A stretch of DNA of 64,000 bases from a virus: IMG/VR virus record IMGVR_UViG_3300045988_173642, positions 1 through 64,000 of that record. One strand, 5' to 3'. The translations under genes and the position numbers were made by a program. Positions 9,802 through 16,525 of the stretch are shown in pieces. The notes below the pieces were generated by a model. That model was not told the origin of the DNA, did no database searches, and worked only from the letters and a program-made list of their open reading frames with translations. The stretch's first letter is position 1, and the number at the start of each line of letters is the position of its first letter.

Positions 9802-10920
9802 TTACACTGTCTCTAAATGGAACAACACCACATCGTTCGTTTCCAACAAATGTTCTGTTTCCTTATTATAGGGCACACACTGCACGAAGAACAAGGGGCG
9901 ATGCGCGTTGATAACGCCAAAGATTCTGTCAAGGCCCTCCGTGCCGTCGCGTCCGCAGGCAAAGAAGGCAGGGCGCCAAGGTTCGCTATCTTTGTTGCGC
10001 ACAAGCACCTTGTCGAAGGGCTTAAACACGAAAGGCTTGTTTACGAGGTTGCGCTCAAGGAGGCTTTTAACGCTCATCGTTTCGCAGTCGAAACGGAGAC
10101 CTTTGCTGGCGAGTGCGGAATTGAGTTCGGAGATTTGGTTGAGCGTGGCAGGCTGAATGCGGTAGTAACCGAAAGGGTCTTTTTCGGTGGAGAAGAGTTC
10201 CACGTCCTCTGGAGTTTTCATTTCAAGTTTGTCGGAATCATACGCCACAATGCAATGGGCAACGTGGCGAACGACATCATATCGATCCAACACGGCAATT
10301 CTTCTGTCAACCATTTCCCCCTGCTCGTTGTAACGGCGAATGATCACATAATCGCCTTTCACCAATTTCGGCGTAAGGAAATTCTCCTCACTTCCGCGCT
10401 TTACTTCCACGCCAAAGCGCGTTGAGATTTCCTTCAGGAATTTATCGCGCGTTTCTTCGCAGCGGCAACGACGGTAAAGATGCGTGGGGAGATCCGTATG
10501 GTCGAAGCCAAATTTGTGGCCTTCGCCTTCCTTTGCATAAGGATAGAAGAGGACGAACGGGGCACAGAAAAACGCGCAAGTAGAAGTGTTAAATCCGCCG
10601 AAGAGAATCATTTCGTCGTTGGCATTTCTCGGCACCAACACATCCCCCGGCCGCCATAAAAGCACATCCCAATCTCTGATTTTCTTGCTTGGGAAAAGTT
10701 GGCATTCGCCGTACCCGTTCTTGTTGAATAACAATTGCCCATAGGCATTAAAACCGATGACGCTATTGTCACCATTTAGTGCTGTAAATCTACAAGCGAT
10801 TTCGTTGTCCTTGACGTGCTTCAACGTCACGTTTCCGCAAAACGGAGAGTAAAGCATCGTGCCAAGCGCAATGTTGTTTTCTCTTAGGAGTTCTACGATA
10901 TTGGTTTTTGGTTGTTCCAT
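9802..10920 (-). CDS. hypothetical protein
   Basis: 372-aa ORF. Its first 7 codons (MEQPKTN) and 5 upstream nt are identical to those of the gene starting at 13338. Confidence 0.6.
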   Translation of the reverse strand: MEQPKTNIVELLRENNIALGTMLYSPFCGNVTLKHVKDNEIACRFTALNGDNSVIGFNAYGQLLFNKNGYGECQLFPSKKIRDWDVLLWRPGDVLVPRNANDEMILFGGFNTSTCAFFCAPFVLFYPYAKEGEGHKFGFDHTDLPTHLYRRCRCEETRDKFLKEISTRFGVEVKRGSEENFLTPKLVKGDYVIIRRYNEQGEMVDRRIAVLDRYDVVRHVAHCIVAYDSDKLEMKTPEDVELFSTEKDPFGYYRIQPATLNQISELNSALASKGLRFDCETMSVKSLLERNLVNKPFVFKPFDKVLVRNKDSEPWRPAFFACGRDGTEGLDRIFGVINAHRPLFFVQCVPYNKETEHLLETNDVVLFHLETV

Positions 10921-10924
10921 GATT
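10898..10924 (-). repeat. 27-nt start-box repeat, copy A
   Basis: The string atattggtttttggttgttccatgatt matches 13325..13351 exactly. It spans the ATG and the first 7 codons. Confidence 0.9.
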
Positions 10925-10939
10925 ATTTAGTATTCAGTT

Positions 10940-11060
10940 AAAAACGTGCAGTGGTTTATTCGGTTTACCTTCCCAAAATCACGTCTGCACAAGTGTCCGT
11001 TAATTACGTTGTACGGCGACAGCGGTAAGGTCGTGCCGGTCTACGTTCCCCTCGCCCTTC
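10940..11060 (-). repeat. ~115-nt conserved structured element, copy 1 (candidate cis-regulatory RNA or module-boundary cassette)
   Basis: Aligns with 13751..13870: 12 mismatches and one 2-nt gap over about 110 nt by manual alignment. On the minus strand it ends in a hairpin followed by a U run about 25 nt before the ATG at 10920. It overlaps the last 20 codons of the 212-aa ORF. Confidence 0.8.
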
Positions 11061-11638
11061 TCAATCTTCCAGTCGAACCCTGCCGCCTGCAAGCTCTGCA
11101 CGAAAATGTTATAGTCTCTATCTACGATATACGGAGAAATGTTTTCTTCTTCTAAGACAACGAGGCGAGGATTGCGGTCGAGGTCGATGCGAAGTCGGTT
11201 TTTGCCGAGGAAGTCGCAGAACGTGGCCATATTGATAGGAGTTTCAATATGCAGATTATAATGTCCATTTCCGCTTATCCAAAGGTAGGCATAGCAATAT
11301 AGTATTTCCTTTTCGGCATCGTATCGCTTGGCGCATAAAATGCAAATTTCAGAGTTGCTGGGCGAAAAGATTTCATAAAAACGTCCGTCCTCGATATGGT
11401 TGAGCATGTATTCGCGACGCTCTTGCAGGGTGAGGTCCACAGGCGGTGTCGGCAGCCATGTAGGTTTTTCATACTGTTGACATTTCTCCTTTTGCTTTGC
11501 CTTCTTTTCTCTCCAGGTAAGAAAAAACTCCTGCAACAGCCAATTGGAACAGGCGATTATGGCTACTACTACTATCACGCCCATCATGCACTGGAAGAAA
11601 AGCCCCACGCTGTAGTGTTTCAATAAGATTGTTTCCAT
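11000..11638 (-). CDS. hypothetical single-pass membrane protein
   Basis: 212-aa ORF with an N-terminal hydrophobic helix (GLFFQCMMGVIVVVAIIACSNWLL) followed by a Lys-rich stretch. Confidence 0.55.
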   Translation of the reverse strand: METILLKHYSVGLFFQCMMGVIVVVAIIACSNWLLQEFFLTWREKKAKQKEKCQQYEKPTWLPTPPVDLTLQERREYMLNHIEDGRFYEIFSPSNSEICILCAKRYDAEKEILYCYAYLWISGNGHYNLHIETPINMATFCDFLGKNRLRIDLDRNPRLVVLEEENISPYIVDRDYNIFVQSLQAAGFDWKIEKGEGNVDRHDLTAVAVQRN

Positions 11639-11658
11639 TGTTCTCTATTTTGTTATTA

Positions 11659-12759
11659 CTAATTTCTAAAACCATTACTCACCACCCACACGCTCAGTCC
11701 TATATTAAGCAGGAGCATAAGGATGATGATGGCCCAATACTGTTTGTCGCTCAGTTCTACCGAGAGATACTTGAAGTCGGAGAAATTCTTACGCTTCCAT
11801 TCCTTCTGCACGATAGGCTCTATGTAGGCGGCAAAGGCGCGGAGGTCGAGGGGGTGCGACATAAACCAGTCGCGGCTCTTTACCGAAAGCACGGGCGAGT
11901 CGCACCATGAGAAGGCATCGCTCCATACGACGCGGTTGCGGCTGTCAAGACCCCCACACACCACAAGCTCGTTCTTGTTGCCACCCTGCCAGTAGGAGCG
12001 TTGGCGATCGGCAATGGATAGAGGCTTGTTGCGATAGAAGAGCAGATAGAGGCGAAACTCCTTCTTCGGCCCGTATTTAGCATTGAACACACGGATGGCT
12101 CGCTCCTGACAAGCAGAAAACTTGGCTCCGATGATAGGACATTGGTCGCGCAAATGAATGTCGGGGTAATCGTATAGCCCGATGCGCCGAGCCTCCTTCT
12201 CGCTAATGTCCTCAAGCTTGAACACCGAGCGCGAAGCCTTCACTTTATTCTCGTATTCATGTTCACGGGTCACAGGATAGAGCTGGGCGGTCTGTCCGTT
12301 CCACTGGTATTCATAGGCATCGCCATCACGAGTGTAATACTGGCGGTGCATATCTACAAACACCGACGGAGCCTGCAAACGGTCTTTCATCGCCGAAAAC
12401 TCACTTCTACTGCAATCGCGCTCCTTGCCAGAATGGTCGTAATAAGACCATCGCTCGGAATGGTTTACCGTGACGTAATAGGTTTCTGTGTGGCTCTCGC
12501 CTTTTGAGTCGGTGTAGGTTCGGGTACGAATTTCCTGCTCATTCCACGGCTCATAATAGCGTATCTTCGTAACGTAGCTGCCTAAGTATTCGGTGTCGCT
12601 TGACTCTGCTCGTTCAAATGCCCTTATCATCGCTACGCCCACAAGGAGCGGCAAGAGGATTATAAGCACGGCGTGCTCCCACCATGTTGTCTGCTTTCGG
12701 AAGAACAGCAGCAGCACGGCCGACACGAAGAAGGGGATAAGGAAAACGAGTAGTTCCAT
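11659..12759 (-). CDS. hypothetical membrane protein (N- and C-terminal TM helices)
   Basis: 366-aa ORF. It has two hydrophobic helices at the N terminus and one at the C terminus (YWAIIILMLLLNIGLSVWVV) flanking a large soluble domain. Confidence 0.6.
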   Translation of the reverse strand: MELLVFLIPFFVSAVLLLFFRKQTTWWEHAVLIILLPLLVGVAMIRAFERAESSDTEYLGSYVTKIRYYEPWNEQEIRTRTYTDSKGESHTETYYVTVNHSERWSYYDHSGKERDCSRSEFSAMKDRLQAPSVFVDMHRQYYTRDGDAYEYQWNGQTAQLYPVTREHEYENKVKASRSVFKLEDISEKEARRIGLYDYPDIHLRDQCPIIGAKFSACQERAIRVFNAKYGPKKEFRLYLLFYRNKPLSIADRQRSYWQGGNKNELVVCGGLDSRNRVVWSDAFSWCDSPVLSVKSRDWFMSHPLDLRAFAAYIEPIVQKEWKRKNFSDFKYLSVELSDKQYWAIIILMLLLNIGLSVWVVSNGFRN

Positions 12760-12765
12760 AAGCCT

Positions 12766-13338
12766 TTATTGTTTCTTGCCGAACAAATCCACTTCATTGT
12801 CTTCGCCCTCCGTCATCACTTCCTTGGAGCGTGACGAAGAGATTACCTTATACTCGATAGGCATGGTGTTAGACACAAACCATCGGGCAGGGTAGGTGCG
12901 AGTGAGCGTTTCGTGTTCACGGATGATGTCGAGCATACGTTCCTGCGAGGACTGAAACTCGGTGCGCTGTATCTCAATGGCTTGCATAAGGTCGCGGTAG
13001 AGCGATACATCAAAGTTGGGGTTGCTCTCCTTAATCCACTTCATCATCGTGCCCTGGTCGTTCTGATAGCGGCCTGCAATGAGCTGCGGATAAATCTTCT
13101 CGAAAGTGGTCTTGTACTCGTCTGTTACCTGTGCCTTCTGCTGGATGATTTTCCACATCTTGTCGTGTACACCCTCAATCTTTCCACGCTGTGCCTCTGC
13201 CTGTTGGCGCAGCGCAATCTCGCGGTTGTTATAACTGAAGTAGGTGGCTACCAATGAACAGATAACGATGGCAACCACAAGCAGTATGGATGCCGTAATA
13301 ATGTTTTTTGTTTTCATATTGGTTTTTGGTTGTTCCAT
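12766..13338 (-). CDS. LemA-like single-pass membrane protein (weak call)
   Basis: 190-aa ORF with an N-terminal TM helix (IITASILLVVAIVICSLVATYF) followed by a YNN..L....AE helical domain. This resembles LemA-family topology. The similarity was judged by eye only. Confidence 0.35.
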   Translation of the reverse strand: MEQPKTNMKTKNIITASILLVVAIVICSLVATYFSYNNREIALRQQAEAQRGKIEGVHDKMWKIIQQKAQVTDEYKTTFEKIYPQLIAGRYQNDQGTMMKWIKESNPNFDVSLYRDLMQAIEIQRTEFQSSQERMLDIIREHETLTRTYPARWFVSNTMPIEYKVISSSRSKEVMTEGEDNEVDLFGKKQ

Positions 13339-13351
13339 GATTTTATTTTAT
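13325..13351 (-). repeat. 27-nt start-box repeat, copy B
   Basis: Exact match to 10898..10924. Confidence 0.9.
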
Positions 13352-13375
13352 TGTTTATTCCAAACACATTCGCTA

Positions 13376-13729
13376 TTACAAATGCTTGATAAGCGTGCTA
13401 CACTGATGGCCAACCGCCACTTCCTCATAGCCCAATCTCTGATACCATTGAAGCACCCACTGAGGAGAGTCGCGGCCGTCAAACGAGATGGCAACGCTTT
13501 CAACGCCGAAGTTTATCAATTCCCTCTCAGCCGCTTCCAACAAAACTTTGCCCACCTCGCTGCCGCGATAGTCTTCGTCCACCCATAGGGAGTAAATCAG
13601 GGCGTCGGCTTTGCCGTCGACAGGTTTGTCTTTGGTGTAAACGGGGATGAAGGCTTGAACGCTGCCATGATGTTGCTCATCCGTTATGAGAATGTGGATG
13701 GAATCTGCCCAATGTTGATATTGAATCAT
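13376..13729 (-). CDS. GNAT-family N-acetyltransferase (small, 117 aa)
   Basis: An acetyl-CoA-binding motif-A-like string is present (VDEDYRGSEVGKVLLEAAE). ORF track gives 13376..13933; I trimmed it to the ATG at 13729 because the upstream part is the repeated non-coding element. Confidence 0.6.
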   Translation of the reverse strand: MIQYQHWADSIHILITDEQHHGSVQAFIPVYTKDKPVDGKADALIYSLWVDEDYRGSEVGKVLLEAAERELINFGVESVAISFDGRDSPQWVLQWYQRLGYEEVAVGHQCSTLIKHL

Positions 13730-13750
13730 TTGTCGGTTTTTAGTGTAGTA

Positions 13751-13870
13751 AAAAAACGTGCAGTGGTTTATGCGGTTTTCCTTCCATGACTCACGTCTAC
13801 ACCAGTGTCCGTTAATTACGTTGTACGGCGGCATCGGTAGGGGTGCCGGGCTACGTTCCCTTGGCCTTCG
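13751..13870 (-). repeat. ~115-nt conserved structured element, copy 2
   Basis: See copy 1. This copy lies in the intergenic space between the HU-like gene and the GNAT gene. Confidence 0.8.
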
Positions 13871-13947
13871 GGATAAGATGGCAATTGTTGTACCAAGCCA
13901 CTTAATTACTTCCTTCAGTGGCAAATTATGCAAGCGAGATGGCCATT

Positions 13948-14478
13948 TTATCCATCAATATCGCCCGAGTCAGAGCCGCCAGGGTTCTTGTCTGTGCCAG
14001 GGGCGGAGGGGGCATCGGTTACGGATGCGTCGCCAACGCGCTTAAACGAGCCGTGTTGCGCAAAGGCCGCGTTGAACTTCTTGGAGAAGTCGATGGCCAC
14101 GCCTGCGGTGAGGTCTTTCGTGGTGAGGTCGGTAGCCGTGATTTGGCGGTTCACGTCAACGTCCTCTCCTGCGGCCTTGCGTTCTTCAAGCTTTGCTTTG
14201 AGCTGCGTCTGGGTGAGCGAACCGCTAACGGTTGGGCGCACCGTCATGCCTTCGGCCGACACCTGTACCTTGGTGCCCAATGCGAGCAACAAAGGCAACT
14301 TCTTTTCCAACTGCGACATGACGGCCATTACGTCCGCAACGCCAACGGTGGAATCCTGCGCCATGTAGTCGCAAAACTCGGTAAACGACATTTGCTGCAA
14401 GTCGACGATTTGTGCGCTTGCAACCCTTTCTTTCGTGAAGTTGTTTACACGAACAGCAATTTTTGTTTTGATTGCCAT
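13948..14478 (-). CDS. HU-like (HU-HIG type) DNA-binding protein
   Basis: The N terminus (MAIKTKIAVR...MSFTEFCDYMAQDSTVGVADVMAVMSQLEKKLPLLLALGTKV) follows the Bacteroidota histone-like HU-domain pattern. The C-terminal tail is disordered. Confidence 0.5.
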   Translation of the reverse strand: MAIKTKIAVRVNNFTKERVASAQIVDLQQMSFTEFCDYMAQDSTVGVADVMAVMSQLEKKLPLLLALGTKVQVSAEGMTVRPTVSGSLTQTQLKAKLEERKAAGEDVDVNRQITATDLTTKDLTAGVAIDFSKKFNAAFAQHGSFKRVGDASVTDAPSAPGTDKNPGGSDSGDIDG

Positions 14479-14547
14479 AAGTTAAAATGATGTTTGGGCG
14501 TTAATACTATCCTCCATGTTTTTACCCGATTCTGCAAAGAGGGTTTT

Positions 14548-14588
14548 ACAATGTGCCGACACTTTTCATCCAAAGTTCCGACACATTG
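14548..14588. promoter_or_regulatory. operator-like motif with inverted repeat
   Basis: The string acaatgtgccgacacttttcatc (14548-14570) recurs at 44758-44780 (22 of 23 nt). Locally, caatgtgccg is inverted as cgacacattg (14579-14588). Confidence 0.5.
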
Positions 14589-14796
14589 CAATTTTTGAGT
14601 ACAAATATAGGAAGAACAGTTTTAGCCGTTCGGACATGCTCAAAGCTCCACCAACACCTTTATCTCTCTGTGCCCACCCCCTTGCGTATGCAGCGCGGGC
14701 GATATTCCTTTTGCGGAATACACTCGGCGGCTATTCTCGAACATGCGGTCGTAGGGCGGCGTTTGTATCAGGCCGACAACGATGATGCGCGTGGTT

Positions 14797-15300
14797 TTAT
14801 CCTTCATCGATGCTCACCTTCATGTCCTTCAGACTATGCAAGCAAACCACGCCGTGCCCATCAATCGCCTTCAGGCACGCTGGGCATTCCAGGCAGAACA
14901 CGGAACCAACGGGCGTGCGTTCTCGCTTATGGAGGCACAACGACTTTTTGCTCACATAGAGTTTATTTCTCACCATAAAATCGTTGACAGCACTGACATA
15001 CGTCTTCAGATGTTCATTTTCGGCGCTCAAATCATTACAAAGCGATTTCTTTATTTGTTTGGCAGCGATTTTGTTGTCCTTTTTCATTTCACGAATCTCA
15101 CGCGCCAACTTTTTGTTGTAGTCCATGAGCAGATGCAAGCGCTGCTCCAGCTCTGCGTTTTCTTTCACGGTAATGATGTACTGACGAAGGAGGGCGTGTT
15201 CAAGAGGTTGTTGAGGTGGGTTCTTGGGGGGGGTCTGTGGCCGGTGCGCTTGCTTCTTCTGGCGCATTATTCTCGAGAACAGTAAGCACATCGTCCACAC
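14797..15300 (-). CDS. hypothetical coiled-coil protein with Cys-rich C terminus (probably continuous with 15200..15352)
   Basis: 167-aa ORF with only a GTG at its 5' end. It contains a heptad-rich centre and a CLECPAC...C..H cluster. See the C8-tract finding. Confidence 0.5.
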   Translation of the reverse strand: MWTMCLLFSRIMRQKKQAHRPQTPPKNPPQQPLEHALLRQYIITVKENAELEQRLHLLMDYNKKLAREIREMKKDNKIAAKQIKKSLCNDLSAENEHLKTYVSAVNDFMVRNKLYVSKKSLCLHKRERTPVGSVFCLECPACLKAIDGHGVVCLHSLKDMKVSIDEG

Positions 15301-15352
15301 AAGAATTGGCTATACGTTCTAAATCTGACGAAGAAATAAATTTGTTGTTCAT
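15200..15352 (-). CDS. 50-codon ORF, likely the true 5' part of the 14797..15300 gene
   Basis: Manual translation gives MNNKFISSSDLERIANSCVDDVLTVLENNAPEEASAPATDPPQEPTSTTS. The ATG lies 11 nt after the stop of the upstream mini-ORF. The frame changes at the G8 run 15226-15233. Confidence 0.4.
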   Translation of the reverse strand: MNNKFISSSDLERIANSCVDDVLTVLENNAPEEASAPATDPPQEPTSTTS

Positions 15353-15363
15353 ATTTTTAGAGA

Positions 15364-15540
15364 TTACTCAAATTCATAAATAACGTAAGGCGTGGTATTT
15401 CCAAGCCCATCATTCGGATCGGGGAATCCGCCAGGTGGTAAAGTCGTCACGGCGGTGGCAATCTGCTTGCGTGGTCGGCTCTTCACGATGCCTTTGCCAT
15501 CTTTGTTGCGCACCCAGCCGATGTAAAGTTTTTTAGTCAT
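15364..15540 (-). CDS. TRD-like mini-ORF T6 (58 aa)
   Basis: Sequence is MTKKLYIGWVRNKDGKGIVKSRPRKQIATAVTTLPPGGFPDPNDGLGNTTPYVIYEFE. Its ATG is nested in the stop region of T5 (ATGACTAA). The TTL..GG...hydrophobic-strand pattern resembles the end of a C5-MTase target-recognition domain. Confidence 0.45.
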   Translation of the reverse strand: MTKKLYIGWVRNKDGKGIVKSRPRKQIATAVTTLPPGGFPDPNDGLGNTTPYVIYEFE

Positions 15541-15682
15541 ACTCAATTAAAATAATCGTGTGTTGCCCGTGCGCATCATAGAGTCCTGCCCATCCATCGT
15601 AGCGAGCAGAGAGGGCAGTGGAATACCCACGACGCTGACAGATGCAGGAGAGGCGTTGCACGAAAGGGATTTTTTTAATCAT
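15533..15682 (-). CDS. TRD-like mini-ORF T5 (49 aa)
   Basis: Manual translation gives MIKKIPFVQRLSCICQRRGYSTALSARYDGWAGLYDAHGQHTIILIEYD. The TALSARYDG...ILI string resembles the Dcm-type TLSARY TRD string. It is below the ORF-track size cutoff. Confidence 0.45.
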   Translation of the reverse strand: MIKKIPFVQRLSCICQRRGYSTALSARYDGWAGLYDAHGQHTIILIEYD

Positions 15683-15848
15683 ATTCGATGTATAACATAT
15701 TATCCTTGCCAACTGATGTAAGCGTGTTAATTGTACGCTCTCCGATTATCTCCATGCGCTGACGGAATCGGCCGTTTGAGGGGTAACGACGGTCGGATGG
15801 ATTGTTGGGGTTGCGGCCTCGAAAGGACACTATCTGAAAGTTACGCAT
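15675..15848 (-). CDS. TRD-like mini-ORF T4 (57 aa)
   Basis: Manual translation gives MRNFQIVSFRGRNPNNPSDRRYPSNGRFRQRMEIIGERTINTLTSVGKDNMLYIEYD. The RGR...Q.E....NTLTSV.KDN pattern is typical of one C5-MTase TRD class. Confidence 0.5.
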   Translation of the reverse strand: MRNFQIVSFRGRNPNNPSDRRYPSNGRFRQRMEIIGERTINTLTSVGKDNMLYIEYD

Positions 15849-15864
15849 AGGAGATTATCTTTCG

Positions 15865-16156
15865 TTACGGTGCTGATGGTGTTGCTCCACGGCCACGGAC
15901 TGGGGAGATGCAGCTTGTCTTGAAACCGACACCCGCCCCGGTCGCCATGCACGCGGCGGTAGGCTTTGGCATGTTCCGTTCGGAGATGGATAAGGACGGC
16001 GCGGCGTAATCATACGCTATCAGTATTTTCGGTTTGTCAACATCGTGCCCCTTTCCACCACCAACCAAACAAGGGGAGATACCAAGGGGCGAAACGATGG
16101 TGCCGTTCTGCGAGGGGCTGTAAGAGCCGAGGATGATGGGGCGAGGGGGTGTTCAT
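15865..16156 (-). pseudogene. TRD-like module T3 with no clean start (frame break or read-through)
   Basis: The frame ...PRPIILGSYSPSQNGTIVSPLGISPCLVGGGKGHDVDKPKILIAYDY...VRGRGATPSAP is open from the TGA stop of T2 (16153-16155) to the TAA at 15865. The ATG at 16156 is in a different frame and would join only if the C5 run lost one C. ORF track shows the part from a TTG at 16068. Confidence 0.35.
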
Positions 16157-16320
16157 AATTCTACTGCTACATAATAGTGGTTACGACTGCTGACACCGGT
16201 TTGAATGGTGTAGACAACGCCCACACCGAATCGCTTGTTGTAGGTGTCGACCCACAAAGCATGAGCGGGGCGAAAAACACGTTGGTACATTTGTTCAAGA
16301 CGGGCGTTCTTGTTAAGCAT
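16153..16320 (-). CDS. TRD-like mini-ORF T2 (55 aa)
   Basis: Manual translation gives MLNKNARLEQMYQRVFRPAHALWVDTYNKRFGVGVVYTIQTGVSSRNHYYVAVEL. Its ATG is nested in the stop region of T1 (TATGCTTAA), and its stop overlaps the next ATG (TTATGA). Confidence 0.4.
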   Translation of the reverse strand: MLNKNARLEQMYQRVFRPAHALWVDTYNKRFGVGVVYTIQTGVSSRNHYYVAVEL

Positions 16321-16471
16321 ATTCAAAGATTACTCCTATTGCATCAAAGCCATCTCTTTTCGTGAATAGGAAGTTTCGGGTTCCCATCTTGAAATAGTTA
16401 GCTTTTATCATATGGGCGAGTGGAGTGTTACCCCCATTTGCCGCATTGAGGATTCTTTTATTCAAACTCAT
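16313..16471 (-). CDS. TRD-like mini-ORF T1 (52 aa)
   Basis: Manual translation gives MSLNKRILNAANGGNTPLAHMIKANYFKMGTRNFLFTKRDGFDAIGVIFEYA. It lies 52 nt downstream of the methyltransferase core stop. Confidence 0.4.
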   Translation of the reverse strand: MSLNKRILNAANGGNTPLAHMIKANYFKMGTRNFLFTKRDGFDAIGVIFEYA

Positions 16472-16525
16472 ACAATACTACTGCCATTAGATAGTGGGCG
16501 AATGTGAGGAATGTTCATTCTTTAC

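Noticed and set aside
10940-13870. The two ~115-nt repeats considered as the template/variable repeat pair of a diversity-generating retroelement. One copy does overlap the 3' end of a gene.
   Set aside because: The 12 substitutions are of all types and are not confined to adenine positions of one copy. There is also a 2-nt indel, and no reverse transcriptase gene is visible in the window.
13730-13933. N-terminal extensions proposed by the ORF track for the GNAT (to 13933), the endolysin (to 22259), the 359-aa protein (to 6707) and the kinase (to 30662).
   Set aside because: The extensions run through a non-coding repeat, terminators or the 3' end of the upstream gene, and they have junk-like composition. 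Internal ATGs give compact gene spacing and start right at the conserved domains.
16468-16518. A 16-codon ORF (MNIPHIRPLSNGSSIV) whose TGA overlaps the ATG of mini-ORF T1.
   Set aside because: It is too short to evaluate and has no recognisable feature. It is noted only because it repeats the ATGA coupling pattern of the array.
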